DNA of 64,000 bases, taken from contig CAWDTA010000002.1 of the NCBI GenBank assembly GCA_963805085.1, positions 736,001 through 800,000 on the forward strand, given 5' to 3'. Of the stretch, positions 31,306 to 43,472 are shown one piece after another. Each line of letters starts with the position of its first letter. Positions within the stretch are counted from its first letter, which is position 1. Under the pieces are notes generated by a model, which worked only from the letters and a program-made list of their open reading frames with translations, was not told the origin of the DNA and ran no database searches. Made by a program: the position numbers and the translations under genes. This DNA comes from an uncultured Veillonellaceae bacterium. GTDB lineage: Bacteria > Bacillota > Negativicutes > JARBTT01.

Positions 31306-32568
31306 ATGTCATCACTAGCTAATTCATTAACAATCAGCCAAGGAATTGCAATGACTGTTGGATCGGTTTTAGGCCCAGCTATATTGATATTACCGGCCTT
31401 AACAGCAGAAATAGCTGGGCCAGCCTCACTAATTTCCTGGGTATTAATGTCAATAATCGGAATATTTCTCGCCTTTTCTTTGGGTTGCCTTGGTTCTAAG
31501 TATCCAGATGCCGGAGGTATTGCAACCTACGCTAGTCTAGCATTTGGACAACAAATAGGTCGAATTACCGGATGGTTGTTTTTGGGTATAATTCCCTTCG
31601 CTGTTCCCGTTGTTGCTTTATCTGCTTCAAATTACTTGGTGAACCTTATGAACATAGATAGTTGGGCAGTAATAGTATTTGCGGAAAGCATGATAATGGT
31701 ATCGATATTTTTGAACTGGCGGGGTATTGAGACATCAGGTAAATATCAATTAGTTATTACCGGAATGATTGTTTTGATGCTTTTAATTGTGTCATTTTTA
31801 GGTTTTTCTAATATACAGTCTTCACATTTTCGGCCATTCTTGCTTCATGGTTGGCATTCTGTTGGAAGTGCCGCTGTCGTAATTTTCTGGTCATATGTAG
31901 GTTTCGAAATGATCGTGAGTCTTTCAGAAGAATTTAAAAATCCAGCTCAAGATGTACGTATAAGCTTGATTATTGGTTCGATTCTAGTTTCAGTGCTCTA
32001 TCTTATAGTATCTTTTGTAGTTGTTGGTACTAAAGCATATGGAAGTAATATGGGCTTAGCTCCTCTAAACATCGTAGTAGAAAGAGCAATAGGCTCCTAT
32101 GCTAGTGTAGTAACTACATTAATTGCTACTGGATGCTCGTTCGTAACTATTCATACTATCATTGCTGGATTCTCAAGAATACTATATGCCCAAGCACGCG
32201 ATGGGGATCTTCCTAAATGGTTTTTAGAAATTCATCCCCGTTATAAAGTTCCTACCAATGCTATGTTCGGGCAATTACTAGCTTATAGTGCAGTTCTGTT
32301 ATTTGTTTTTCTAACCAAAACGAATATAGAATATCTCATTAAATGGCCAAGCATTACTTTTCTTGCACTCTATAGTATTGCTATGGCTGCTACATCCAAG
32401 CTATTACCACTAGGTAATTGGGGGCGTTGGACTGGCTATATTACTTTAATATCCTGTATCATATTGCTTTTAGCTAGCGGCTGGGCATGCTTATACCCCA
32501 TATCGTTAATTTTCATATGCACTTTAATTTCAAAGAAATTTAAACGTTCACATAAAAGAAGTTTATAG
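31306..32568 (+). CDS. APC-family amino acid permease/exporter (YjeH-like)
   Basis: GSVLGPAILILP, YPDAGGI and FWSYVGFE...EEFKNP motifs. Confidence 0.85.
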   Translation: MSSLANSLTISQGIAMTVGSVLGPAILILPALTAEIAGPASLISWVLMSIIGIFLAFSLGCLGSKYPDAGGIATYASLAFGQQIGRITGWLFLGIIPFAVPVVALSASNYLVNLMNIDSWAVIVFAESMIMVSIFLNWRGIETSGKYQLVITGMIVLMLLIVSFLGFSNIQSSHFRPFLLHGWHSVGSAAVVIFWSYVGFEMIVSLSEEFKNPAQDVRISLIIGSILVSVLYLIVSFVVVGTKAYGSNMGLAPLNIVVERAIGSYASVVTTLIATGCSFVTIHTIIAGFSRILYAQARDGDLPKWFLEIHPRYKVPTNAMFGQLLAYSAVLLFVFLTKTNIEYLIKWPSITFLALYSIAMAATSKLLPLGNWGRWTGYITLISCIILLLASGWACLYPISLIFICTLISKKFKRSHKRSL

Positions 32569-32739
32569 ATAGTAGCATAAAAAAAATATTGGTCAGGTAT
32601 AATTCCGTTAAGAAATTAATTTGTTTTATGCTCAAACAAAGGTCCGTGATTAGCTGATTGTTATTACGCTCGCCGGAGTGCTACCGAAAGGACTGTGATA
32701 GCTATTCCACCTAAATAAAATTAAAAGGAGTGCTTGATT

Positions 32740-33129
32740 ATGAGGGTAAGAGAGCATCTTATAGATTTTGAGAAAGTAGCTTTCCCATTTACAGTGACTA
32801 ACTTGGCTCGTCAAGCTGTAATGTTAGCACTTAAGGATCAAAAATTTATTGATGATTCAATTAGAAAAACAAAAGATGCTAAAGATAAGCTAATTAAAGC
32901 TTGCTCTAAAATAATAGTTTGGAATACTAGCCTCGAAGTTCCCATTATGGTATTACAACATCCAGATACTAAAATCGATTTATATAAGTTATTTCTAGAA
33001 AAAAAGATAATTACAGAGTCTGGCAAAGGATTTCCGGAATTGGGTAAAAATGCAGTAAGATTTAGAATAACAACTAATAATATAGAAAGAATAATAGAAG
33101 CTATAAAAAGCATAGAGCAAGAAATGTAA
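32740..33129 (+). pseudogene. C-terminal fragment of a class I/II PLP aminotransferase
   Basis: PFTVTNLA and GKGFPELGKNAVRFRI resemble a HisC-like C-terminus; the PLP-lysine region is absent. Confidence 0.55.
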
Positions 33130-33410
33130 GGAGACTATCCCGAGATCCGTGTAAACCTCCAAGTTGGGACTGTCGCACAAGCGATATAAATTTATCGTTA
33201 GCGACAGCCCCCTTTTAATAGAGATATTCCCTAATAAGCTCTTAACCCCATAGAAAAATTTAATCAATTAATGATATTAAAAAACAACAAAAGCCTACAG
33301 CCAAATAAAATTTATTGGATGTAAGCTTTTCCTATATTTGAAATAAAAGCATTGCTATATCTGTTAACTAAAAAACAAAGGGTTGCTATTGTATCACAAA
33401 TAAAAACTCT

Positions 33411-33869
33411 TTAATTAGAATGGTTACTTTTTTCATTCAAAAACTGTTTAAACTCTACATGAATATTTGGATTTGATTTCATGAAATTTACCAAGGATTG
33501 AATGGAATATATGGTTGTCCTTGATAAATAATGTTCCATAGCTTCGGCTTCTTCACTAAAATTGCAATCGGCTTCAATTAAATATAAAAAATCTTGTAAG
33601 ATTCGATTCCGCTCGACCAAGAATCGTCCAACCACCCGTCCCCAATCCGTCAGATAAATATCACCATATTTCCGATAAATAATATATTCTTTACTTTTCA
33701 GCTTTCTAAGTGCCTTACTAACAGAAGGTGCCGATACTTTCAATTTTCCACCAATATCTGAGACTCTCACACTTGGTTGCGTAAGTGAAAAGCGATAAAT
33801 TTCTTCCAAATAATCTTCTAAACTTGGTGACAAGTCATATTCTAAGTAAACCTTATCATCACTCAGCAC
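33411..33869 (-). CDS. DtxR/MntR-family metal-dependent regulator
   Basis: SLEDYLEEIY, VSAPSVSKAL and EAEAMEH motifs; GTG start. Confidence 0.88.
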   Translation of the reverse strand: MLSDDKVYLEYDLSPSLEDYLEEIYRFSLTQPSVRVSDIGGKLKVSAPSVSKALRKLKSKEYIIYRKYGDIYLTDWGRVVGRFLVERNRILQDFLYLIEADCNFSEEAEAMEHYLSRTTIYSIQSLVNFMKSNPNIHVEFKQFLNEKSNHSN

Positions 33870-33946
33870 GCTCAATCCCCTCGCACAATCCCTTTGATAT
33901 AGCATATATATGCAGGGCATCTGAGCAGTATGACAACTATTTCTAC

Positions 33947-35833
33947 TTAATCAAGTTCAATTACCCCTTGGTATAGATCATAATATCGTCCCCTCATTTG
34001 CAATAATGCTGTATGATTACCCCGTTCGATAATTTTTCCTTGATCCATAACGATAATCATATCGGCATTACGTACCGTCGACAAACGATGGGCAACAATA
34101 AAGGTCGTAGAATATTGCATCAAATGTTTTAAACCTTGTTCAATGTGCATTTCTGTTCTCGTATCAACAGAACTAGTCGCTTCATCGAGAATGAGAATCG
34201 GTGTTTTGGCAATTGCAGCACGGGCAATATTTAAGAGCTGTCTTTGCCCTTGGCTTAAATTAGCCCCGTCCCCTTCAATGACCGTATCATAACATTTGGC
34301 AAGTTTCTTAATAAACAAATGTGCATTTGCAAGTTTCGCCGCTTCTTCTACCTCTTGATCGGTAGCACTGCGTTTTCCATAACGAATATTTTCCCGAATC
34401 GTTCCCGTAAATAAATGCGTATCTTGCAATACGACAGCAATCGCTTTTCGTAAACTTGATTTTTCGATGTTACGAATATCGATCCCATCAATTGCAATCG
34501 TACCTTCATCAATATCATAAAACCGCGTGATTAAATTTAAAATTGTCGTTTTACCAGCCCCAGTTGCGCCAACGAAGGCAATTTTTTGTCCAACTTTGGC
34601 TTTCAAGGAAATATCAGTTAACGTCTTCTTTGCTGCTGTATACCCAAAACTTACATCTTTAAATTCTATGTCGCCATTGACCGCAATTACTTCTTCTTGC
34701 TCATTACTCTTTCTCTGCCAGATCAAATTCCCCGATTGATCATTTTTCAAAACAAATAAATGTTCCTCACGAATTGTTTCCGTCTTTTCATCCAACACTT
34801 CAACGATCCGCTCAGCCCCAGCCAGCGCAGTGACAACGGTATTATATTGATTGGATGCCTCATTTACTGGTCTACCAAACATCAATGTCAATTGCAAAAA
34901 TACCACCAATGCGCCCACTGACATCAGACCATTGACCACTAAAATACCACCAACCATAACAACGATCGCATAAATAACATTATTACTATTGCGCGCGAGT
35001 GGCATCATCATCCCCGCATAGGATTGTGCCGACATCGCGGCTTCACAAAGCTCCTTATTCCGTTTTGAAAACTCTTGCTTGGCTTTCTCCTCGTAACCAA
35101 AAACCTTAACCACTTTTTGCCCACTGATGATTTCTTCTACATACCCATTGACATGGCCTAAATTTGCCTGTTGCTGTTTAAAATATTTACCACTAATTTT
35201 CATCAATCGACTCACTAAAAATATGGTGATTGGCACGACTAAAATTGTGATCATTGTTAATATTAAGCTGCGATATACCATCATCCCAAAGATCCCAACA
35301 ATTGTAATCACACTACTAAAAAACATGAGCATACTATTTTGCAATGCATCATTGAGTGTATCGACATCATTGCTGAATCGGCTCATCATTTCACCCGTTG
35401 TGTGCGTATCATGATAATGGACTGAAAGAGCTTGTACATGTTCAAATAAATGTGTGCGAATATCATAAATTGTCTGCTGGGCAATATGAAGCATGATTTT
35501 ACTTTGCCCATAAGCCGCCACCACCGATACAAAATAAATAAGCGATAATACGATCGTTCCATGAGCCAGTCCAGTAAAACGCTCTTCTACTGTTAATACA
35601 TTGCTGCTCGGTTGTAAAAAGTTATCAATCAACGGCTGCAAATAAGCAGTTGCACCCAAAGAGGTCGCGATATTGACCAATACCAACAAAAACGCTAGTA
35701 CTAGCGAAAATTTTTTAGGTGCTAAGTATCGCCACAAATAGGTTAGCGTTCGTTTCCATTGCTTTGGTTTTTGTACAGTCATCACACGATTATGACCAAT
35801 TGGCGGTTCTATCGGTTTTCTTTGTTTTTCCAT
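33947..35833 (-). CDS. Heterodimeric ABC exporter subunit B
   Basis: Membrane domain plus GATGAGKT, LSQGQRQ and ILDEATS. Confidence 0.92.
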   Translation of the reverse strand: MEKQRKPIEPPIGHNRVMTVQKPKQWKRTLTYLWRYLAPKKFSLVLAFLLVLVNIATSLGATAYLQPLIDNFLQPSSNVLTVEERFTGLAHGTIVLSLIYFVSVVAAYGQSKIMLHIAQQTIYDIRTHLFEHVQALSVHYHDTHTTGEMMSRFSNDVDTLNDALQNSMLMFFSSVITIVGIFGMMVYRSLILTMITILVVPITIFLVSRLMKISGKYFKQQQANLGHVNGYVEEIISGQKVVKVFGYEEKAKQEFSKRNKELCEAAMSAQSYAGMMMPLARNSNNVIYAIVVMVGGILVVNGLMSVGALVVFLQLTLMFGRPVNEASNQYNTVVTALAGAERIVEVLDEKTETIREEHLFVLKNDQSGNLIWQRKSNEQEEVIAVNGDIEFKDVSFGYTAAKKTLTDISLKAKVGQKIAFVGATGAGKTTILNLITRFYDIDEGTIAIDGIDIRNIEKSSLRKAIAVVLQDTHLFTGTIRENIRYGKRSATDQEVEEAAKLANAHLFIKKLAKCYDTVIEGDGANLSQGQRQLLNIARAAIAKTPILILDEATSSVDTRTEMHIEQGLKHLMQYSTTFIVAHRLSTVRNADMIIVMDQGKIIERGNHTALLQMRGRYYDLYQGVIELD

Positions 35834-37572
35834 TAAGCTTCCTCCGCCTTTTGATTCTGTGAATAATAAATTTCTTGATATTCTAAACTATTTTTCATGA
35901 GTTCATCATGGGTTCCGCTCGCCATGATCTTACCTTCACTGAGAACCAAAATTTTATTAACATCACGAACAGAACTAATCCTTTGCGCGATGATAAAAAT
36001 TGTCGTATTATTTAACACCTCGGTTAAACCGCCACGAATCTTGCGTTCCGTTACGGTATCAACCGCACTCGTACTATCATCTAAAATTAAAACAGCTGGT
36101 TTTTTCAGGATTGCCCGCGCAATACACAGCCGTTGTTTTTGACCACCAGATAGATTCGATCCCCCTTGCTCTAGATATGTATCATAGCCCTCAGGGAAGC
36201 TTGATATGAAATCATGCGCCTGGGCAACTTTTGCTGCAGAGATAATTTCGGTTTCCGTAGCATCGGTGTACCCCCACTTTAAATTTTCACGAATGGTTCC
36301 AGAAAACAACGTGTTTTTTTGCAAGACCATCCCGATGTTTTTTCTTAAAGAGGTTAGTGTATACTTAGCAATATCCCTGCCATCTAACAATATTTTTCCC
36401 TCAGCAACATCATATAACCGAGGTAATAATTGCACCAAGGAACTCTTACCAGCTCCCGTACTGCCAATAATCGCGATGACTTCCCCTGGTTTTACAGTGA
36501 AATCAATATCCTTTAAAATATAGTCCACCGAAGAACCAGCATAACGAAAGGCAACATGCTCAAAAACTACTTCGCCATTAACAACTTCAATAGATTCTGC
36601 CCCTTGACGATCAAACAAATCAACGCGCATATCGAGTACTTCACAAATTCTTTTATAAGAAGCGCTCGATCGCGCTAACATAATAAGCATCAACGACAAC
36701 ATCATTAAAGACATCAACACAATAAAAATATAATTGATAAAAGCCGTGATCTGGGCAATATCGGTGATCCCAGTTAAGACCATGTTCCCACCAAAATAGA
36801 CCACAGCCACGATAGCCGCATTCATCATAAACATCAGCAACGGCATATTTAAAATGACGATATTCATTGCTTTGATTGACGAATCTAGTAAATGATGATT
36901 TGCTGCTTCAAACTTTTCTATTTCAAACGCTTCTCGCACAAACGACTTTACCACTCTGACGTTGGTCAAATTTTCTTGCACATTAGAATTCAACTCATCT
37001 AGATTCCGTTGCATTTGCCTAAACAAAGGAACGGCAAGATAAATAATCATCGTTAACGCAATCACTAAAACCGGCATAACCACCGCTAAAATAAGTGACA
37101 GCTCCAAGTTGATCCGAATCGCCATGATCAATGAAAAACAAAGCAAAATTGGGCCACGCACTAAAATACGCATGCCAGCCATGATGGCATTTTGCATTTG
37201 GGTAATATCGTTGGTAAGCCTTGTCGTTAGAGAACCAACAGAAAATGCATCAATATTCTCAAAGGAAAACGTCTGCACCTTATCAAATAAAACCTGCCTT
37301 AAATCCGAGGCAACCCCAACCCCCGTCCGTGCCGAATAGCGCGCATTGCCAATCCCACTAATCAAAGCCAGCATTGCTATACCAACCATCACCAGTCCGA
37401 TTTGCGAAATGTAAAAAACATCTCCCGACGCAATCCCCCATCCCACAATCTTCGCCATCAGATTTGGATAAGCCATTTCTGCTAATGATTCAAGCAATAA
37501 AAATACTAATGAAAATGCGATATCTTTTTGATACTTCTTTATATATGGATACATTCTAAACAATGAATTCAC
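35833..37572 (-). CDS. Heterodimeric ABC exporter subunit A
   Basis: Membrane domain plus GSTGAGKS, LSGGQKQR, degenerate ILDDSTS and IAQR. Confidence 0.92.
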   Translation of the reverse strand: MNSLFRMYPYIKKYQKDIAFSLVFLLLESLAEMAYPNLMAKIVGWGIASGDVFYISQIGLVMVGIAMLALISGIGNARYSARTGVGVASDLRQVLFDKVQTFSFENIDAFSVGSLTTRLTNDITQMQNAIMAGMRILVRGPILLCFSLIMAIRINLELSLILAVVMPVLVIALTMIIYLAVPLFRQMQRNLDELNSNVQENLTNVRVVKSFVREAFEIEKFEAANHHLLDSSIKAMNIVILNMPLLMFMMNAAIVAVVYFGGNMVLTGITDIAQITAFINYIFIVLMSLMMLSLMLIMLARSSASYKRICEVLDMRVDLFDRQGAESIEVVNGEVVFEHVAFRYAGSSVDYILKDIDFTVKPGEVIAIIGSTGAGKSSLVQLLPRLYDVAEGKILLDGRDIAKYTLTSLRKNIGMVLQKNTLFSGTIRENLKWGYTDATETEIISAAKVAQAHDFISSFPEGYDTYLEQGGSNLSGGQKQRLCIARAILKKPAVLILDDSTSAVDTVTERKIRGGLTEVLNNTTIFIIAQRISSVRDVNKILVLSEGKIMASGTHDELMKNSLEYQEIYYSQNQKAEEA

Positions 37573-37659
37573 TCCTGAAAAAACTACTTTCTCTTATTAT
37601 AAATCATTTTAACAAAACAAACCCCTAGTTTACTAAATTTATTGCAAACTAGGGGTTAT

Positions 37660-38493
37660 TTATTTAACTATTCTTTTAATATAAATCGTTAAATAAACCA
37701 ATTCATCATCTGAAAGGTCTACTTGCATCGTTTTTTTTATATACGCTTCAATTTTCTTTGCACATTCATATTCTTTTTTATACTTGTTAATCACTTGTAA
37801 AAGTAAAAATTCTTCTTGTGATTCCATTAATTTATTTTCAATTAACCTGTGCACAAAAAATTGTAAATGAGTTATAAATCTAGTGTAATCTAATGAATTC
37901 TTATCAATTATTGTACTTGCAAATTGATATTCTACAATAGCCAAAATATCTTTTACTATTTTTACCGTTTTAATTGTTTGATTCATGTTTTGCTCATCTG
38001 ATTGTGCATTTACTAAGTGGAATGCAATATTACCAGCTTCTTCTTCTGGTAATTCAATTTGAAGCATATGATTAATATAGTCGACGGCTTCTTTGCCGAT
38101 GCAAAACTCTTTCGGATAGAATTTTTTCACTTCCCATAAAAGATGATTTTGTATCACGATATTTTCATTATATCTTTTAATAGCAAAACTAATATGGTCT
38201 ATTAAGGTAATAAATAATTGTGTATGCAATTCTACTTTCAAAACTTCATTTGCTTGTTTAATAATATAATGCGTAATATCAACATAACTTTCCGGCATAT
38301 TTTCAATTAAATTTATATATTCATTCGTAGATTTTTTATTATCTAATATATATATCTTTTCAATTTGATCTTCCGATATTATATTCCCAACTTTTCCATT
38401 ATAACCAATCGCTTTTCCACTAACAATCACTTCATTTTCTTGATCATCTTTACCTAAAATTAAATTGTTATTCAAAATTTTAATTATCTTCAT
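37660..38493 (-). CDS. licT: BglG/LicT transcriptional antiterminator
   Basis: N-terminal CAT domain (KIIKILNNN...GKAIG) and two PRDs (LIDHISFAI, RFITHL). Confidence 0.9.
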   Translation of the reverse strand: MKIIKILNNNLILGKDDQENEVIVSGKAIGYNGKVGNIISEDQIEKIYILDNKKSTNEYINLIENMPESYVDITHYIIKQANEVLKVELHTQLFITLIDHISFAIKRYNENIVIQNHLLWEVKKFYPKEFCIGKEAVDYINHMLQIELPEEEAGNIAFHLVNAQSDEQNMNQTIKTVKIVKDILAIVEYQFASTIIDKNSLDYTRFITHLQFFVHRLIENKLMESQEEFLLLQVINKYKKEYECAKKIEAYIKKTMQVDLSDDELVYLTIYIKRIVK

Positions 38494-38566
38494 TGAATAA
38501 AAATAACCTCCTACAAAATATATTATTGTTAGTATCTAGGAATGGCTTAAGAAAAAATTTTAACAA

Positions 38567-40048
<1,482 letters not shown>

Positions 40049-40113
40049 TTACCTTATAAAATTCATTTACTATGCTCATAATTTATAATTTTCATCTATA
40101 TAATAATTTATCT

Positions 40114-41997
40114 TTATTTTATTACTGTAAACAAAATATCCTCTTTTGATACGGCTGTATTCTCCGTTCCTAATACGTCCAAGTACTTTTCCGTATTCGT
40201 TGCAACTACCATGGTTGTTATTTCATAACCCGATTTTTTAATATTATCTTTGTCAAATTGAATCAATAGCTGACCTTTTTTTATATTTTCTCCATTTTTG
40301 ACTTTTGCTGCAAAATATTTTCCTTCTAGTTGTACCGTATCAATACCGATATGAATCATAATTTCCAATCCATTATCGGCAGTTATGCCAAGCGCATGTC
40401 CAGTTGGAAATACTGCTGTCACTACCCCATCGACTGGCGCATAAACATTACCGTCAGCAGGTTCAATTGCCATTCCCTTGCCTACTGATTCTGTTGAAAA
40501 AACAGAATCATTTACTTTCGCTAATGGAATTGCATTCCCTTTTACAGGTGCTAGTACTTCATATATTTTAATACCTTCACAAAAATCAGTTTTCTTTTTT
40601 TCCTTCACAAATTCCTTTTTAGTTTCTTCTTTTTCTGTTGGTACATCATCTTCTTCAATACCTAAGAAGTACGTAATACCTGTTGTTAAGAAAAATGCCG
40701 CTGAAATCCCAATAATATAAAATAAAAATGTATCAGTCATAAATGCTGGTAACGTTGTTAATGCTGGGAACACATACACCATAACCGTTGTTTTCATACT
40801 GCCAACAAAACCACCTGCGATTGCGCCACTAATAACGGCGGCATACATTGGTGTTTTATATTTCACCGAAATACCATATACAATCGGCTCTGTAATTCCG
40901 CCTAAAAGTGCTGGTAACATTGCTGAAAAAGCAAAAGTTTTATTCTTTTTTTGCTTTGCCTTTAAAAATACCCCAAATGCTGCACCAGCTTGTGCAAATG
41001 TCGCTGTCGCAACAGCTGGACGAATCGTATCAAAACCATAAAGCGCTATATTGTTAATCATGATTGGTACAACGCCCCAATGAATCCCAAACATAACAAG
41101 AAAAGTCCAACCTGCGCCAATGATAGCACCAGTTAATACTCCACTTTTTGCACTTAAGAATCCAATTGCCGCACCAAGACTATTCCCTAAAGTTACACCA
41201 ACTGGTCCAATCACCATCATAGTAAGTGGAACCATAATTAAAAGTGCTAAAAAAGAAATCATAAATATTTCGATGTTCTTCGGAATAATTTTCTTTAACA
41301 ATCTTTCTACATAAGAATATACCCATACAGATAAAATTGCTGGAAAAATGGTAGAAGTATAAGACATTAATACAACGGGAATTCCAGCAAAACTTGTAAT
41401 ATCACCGACTTTTTTCATTAGTGAAGTAAAGTTCGGTTCAATCAACGCCCCCATGATACCTGCTGCAATATAAATATTTACCCCAAATGTTTTTGCTGCT
41501 GAAAACGCAATCATTATCGGGAATAAATAAAATACGCTATTGCCAGCTGCCGCTAAAATTTTATAGGTACTGCTTGAATTTTCCATGCCGCAATAAGTCG
41601 TGAAGATGACAAGCAATGCCTTAATCATCCCAGAACCTGCTAGTAATGGAACGATTGGGGCTAAAATAGAAGACATCATATTGAATAATTTTACAATAGG
41701 ATTACTTGTACTTATTTTTGTTTCTTCTTGTTTTTCTATTGAATTTTCTTTTATTGAATATAAAGATAAAATGGTATCACATACTTCTTCGACGTGATTA
41801 CCAATAACTACTTGATATTGTCCATTACTAATAATTAAACTAATAACCCCTTCGATTACTTCTACTTCTTTTTTATTAACGAGACTTTCATCTTTTACTT
41901 TAAATCTTAGTCTTGTCATACAATGATACAGATTTAATACGTTTTTTTCTCCACCAACAGCATTGATAATGTTTTCTGCTAAACTTTCATATTTCAT
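40114..41997 (-). CDS. bglP: PTS beta-glucoside EIIBCA
   Basis: HCMTRLRF (EIIB), GITEP (EIIC) and IHIGIDTV (EIIA). Confidence 0.9.
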   Translation of the reverse strand: MKYESLAENIINAVGGEKNVLNLYHCMTRLRFKVKDESLVNKKEVEVIEGVISLIISNGQYQVVIGNHVEEVCDTILSLYSIKENSIEKQEETKISTSNPIVKLFNMMSSILAPIVPLLAGSGMIKALLVIFTTYCGMENSSSTYKILAAAGNSVFYLFPIMIAFSAAKTFGVNIYIAAGIMGALIEPNFTSLMKKVGDITSFAGIPVVLMSYTSTIFPAILSVWVYSYVERLLKKIIPKNIEIFMISFLALLIMVPLTMMVIGPVGVTLGNSLGAAIGFLSAKSGVLTGAIIGAGWTFLVMFGIHWGVVPIMINNIALYGFDTIRPAVATATFAQAGAAFGVFLKAKQKKNKTFAFSAMLPALLGGITEPIVYGISVKYKTPMYAAVISGAIAGGFVGSMKTTVMVYVFPALTTLPAFMTDTFLFYIIGISAAFFLTTGITYFLGIEEDDVPTEKEETKKEFVKEKKKTDFCEGIKIYEVLAPVKGNAIPLAKVNDSVFSTESVGKGMAIEPADGNVYAPVDGVVTAVFPTGHALGITADNGLEIMIHIGIDTVQLEGKYFAAKVKNGENIKKGQLLIQFDKDNIKKSGYEITTMVVATNTEKYLDVLGTENTAVSKEDILFTVIK

Positions 41998-42049
41998 GTC
42001 AATTCTTCCTTTCTTTTTTGGCCATTGTTTTTCTTGCTAGTATCGAAAA

Positions 42050-42804
42050 ACAATCAAAACCACCCGTCCAACGGGTGGTTTGAACTGAGGCTGTAAGCCT
42101 CTATTACTAGCCAGCGTCTAAAGGCGCTGGCTTTCACTTTGTTCAAGCCACTGTGGTTTTGTCATTTTTACTATCCCTCAAGGGATATTTGTACTATTTT
42201 ACTTTTTACCCTTAAAAGGGTCTTCATATTCTCTAACACTTAATTTATCTAGTGCCTGATCATGTTTTTCTTGCTCTTGTATATATTTTTTTATAGTGGC
42301 TTCATTCAATCCTACTGTACTTACATAATATCCTTCTGCCCAAAAATGTCTGTTCCCATATTTATACTTTAGGTTACTATGCTTTTCGAATATCATCAGT
42401 GCACTTTTTCCTTTTAAGTATCCCATAAATGCAGATACACTAATTTTCGGTGGTATTGACACTAACATATGCACATGGTCTACCATCAAATGCCCCTCTA
42501 ATATTTCTACCCCCTTGTAACTACATAATCTCCTTAATATTTCCCCTATACTTTCTCTGTATTGCCCATATATTATTTTTCTTCTATACTTCGGCGTAAA
42601 TACTATATGATACTTGCACATCCATTTGGTATGTGCTAAACTTTGAGCCATAAACTCACCGATCCTTTCTTGTAATAGTGGCCTGAACACCCTCTATTAT
42701 AAGAATCCGGTGAGTTTTTGTATAACTTCTGTCGCGCACCTGCATAGCAGGTGGTTTTTTGTTTCGTTCGCTTCGCTACCTCAACAGACTAAAGTCTAAA
42801 ATAA
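42050..42804 (-). mobile_element. IS200/IS605-family element, tnpA only (copy 2)
   Basis: Same sequence as 12299-13053 wherever compared; identical TnpA translation. Confidence 0.95.
42199..42651 (-). CDS. tnpA: IS200 Y1/HUH transposase
   Basis: Identical protein to 12448-12900. Confidence 0.97.
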   Translation of the reverse strand: MAQSLAHTKWMCKYHIVFTPKYRRKIIYGQYRESIGEILRRLCSYKGVEILEGHLMVDHVHMLVSIPPKISVSAFMGYLKGKSALMIFEKHSNLKYKYGNRHFWAEGYYVSTVGLNEATIKKYIQEQEKHDQALDKLSVREYEDPFKGKK

Positions 42805-42851
42805 AAAAGGCCTTTCCCAAGACGTATAAAATACATCTTAGAAAAGGCCTT
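42802..42851 (-). terminator. Conditional leader terminator of the bgl operon
   Basis: Minus strand aaggccttttctaagatgta...tacgtcttgggaaaggcctt followed by a T tract; overlaps the RAT. Confidence 0.85.
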
Positions 42852-42874
42852 GCCTGCATTACCAGTAACACACC
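42846..42874 (-). promoter_or_regulatory. RAT (ribonucleic antiterminator), BglG/LicT binding site
   Basis: Minus strand ggtgtgttactggtaatgcaggcaaggcc matches the RAT consensus GGnnTGTTACTG...GCAGGCAAnnCC. Confidence 0.88.
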
Positions 42875-42923
42875 TTAAGTAAAATTTTTAAATATTTTAC
42901 TTATATTAATTTTTATTAGGTTG

Positions 42924-42952
42924 ATTATATCTTTATTTTCAGATAATTGCAA
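42924..42952 (-). promoter_or_regulatory. Sigma70-type promoter of the bgl leader
   Basis: TTGCAA-17-TATAAT on the minus strand. Confidence 0.7.
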
Positions 42953-42974
42953 TAGATTTATTATTAAAAATATT

Positions 42975-43073
42975 TATTCCCTAATTCAACACCTGTGGAC
43001 TAGTTGCTGTTTGGTTTATTTCCCGTTGCTTTGCAGTTCTCTACCCTTTTGATTATCCGCTAACATGATTTTT
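42975..43073 (-). repeat. Relic copy of ppk1 3' end with internal deletion
   Basis: Matches about 52415-52454 and 52561-52617. Confidence 0.85.
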
Positions 43074-43140
43074 GAGTAATTAAATGTTAAAATGTTTTTA
43101 CGACAGTTGGCAGCAAGGACTTCCCCACATTTCAGCCACC

Positions 43141-43396
43141 TCGTCAAAGCCCCCACAGAAAATGCATCAATATTCTCAAAGGAAAAGGTCTGTACCTTAT
43201 CAAATAAAACCTGCCTTAAATCCTAGCCATCAAATTATGATAAGCCATTTCTGTTAACGATTCAAACAGTAAAAATAATGATGAAAATACGATATCTTTT
43301 TGATACTTCTTTATATACAGATACGTTCTTAACAATAAATTCACTCCTGAAAAACTACTTTTCCTTATTATAAATCATTTTGACAAAACAAAACCC
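43141..43396 (-). repeat. Relic copy of ABC exporter 5' end and upstream region, with internal deletion
   Basis: Matches about 37224-37307 and 37454-37624. Confidence 0.88.
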
Positions 43397-43472
43397 GTTT
43401 TCGTGAAATTATGATGTTAAATATCGCTTTTAAACAATAAAACATTAAGAGGAACCATCCTTAAACTCCTAT

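Noticed and set aside
32640-32715. GC-rich leader before the aminotransferase fragment as a riboswitch
   Set aside because: No recognisable aptamer consensus
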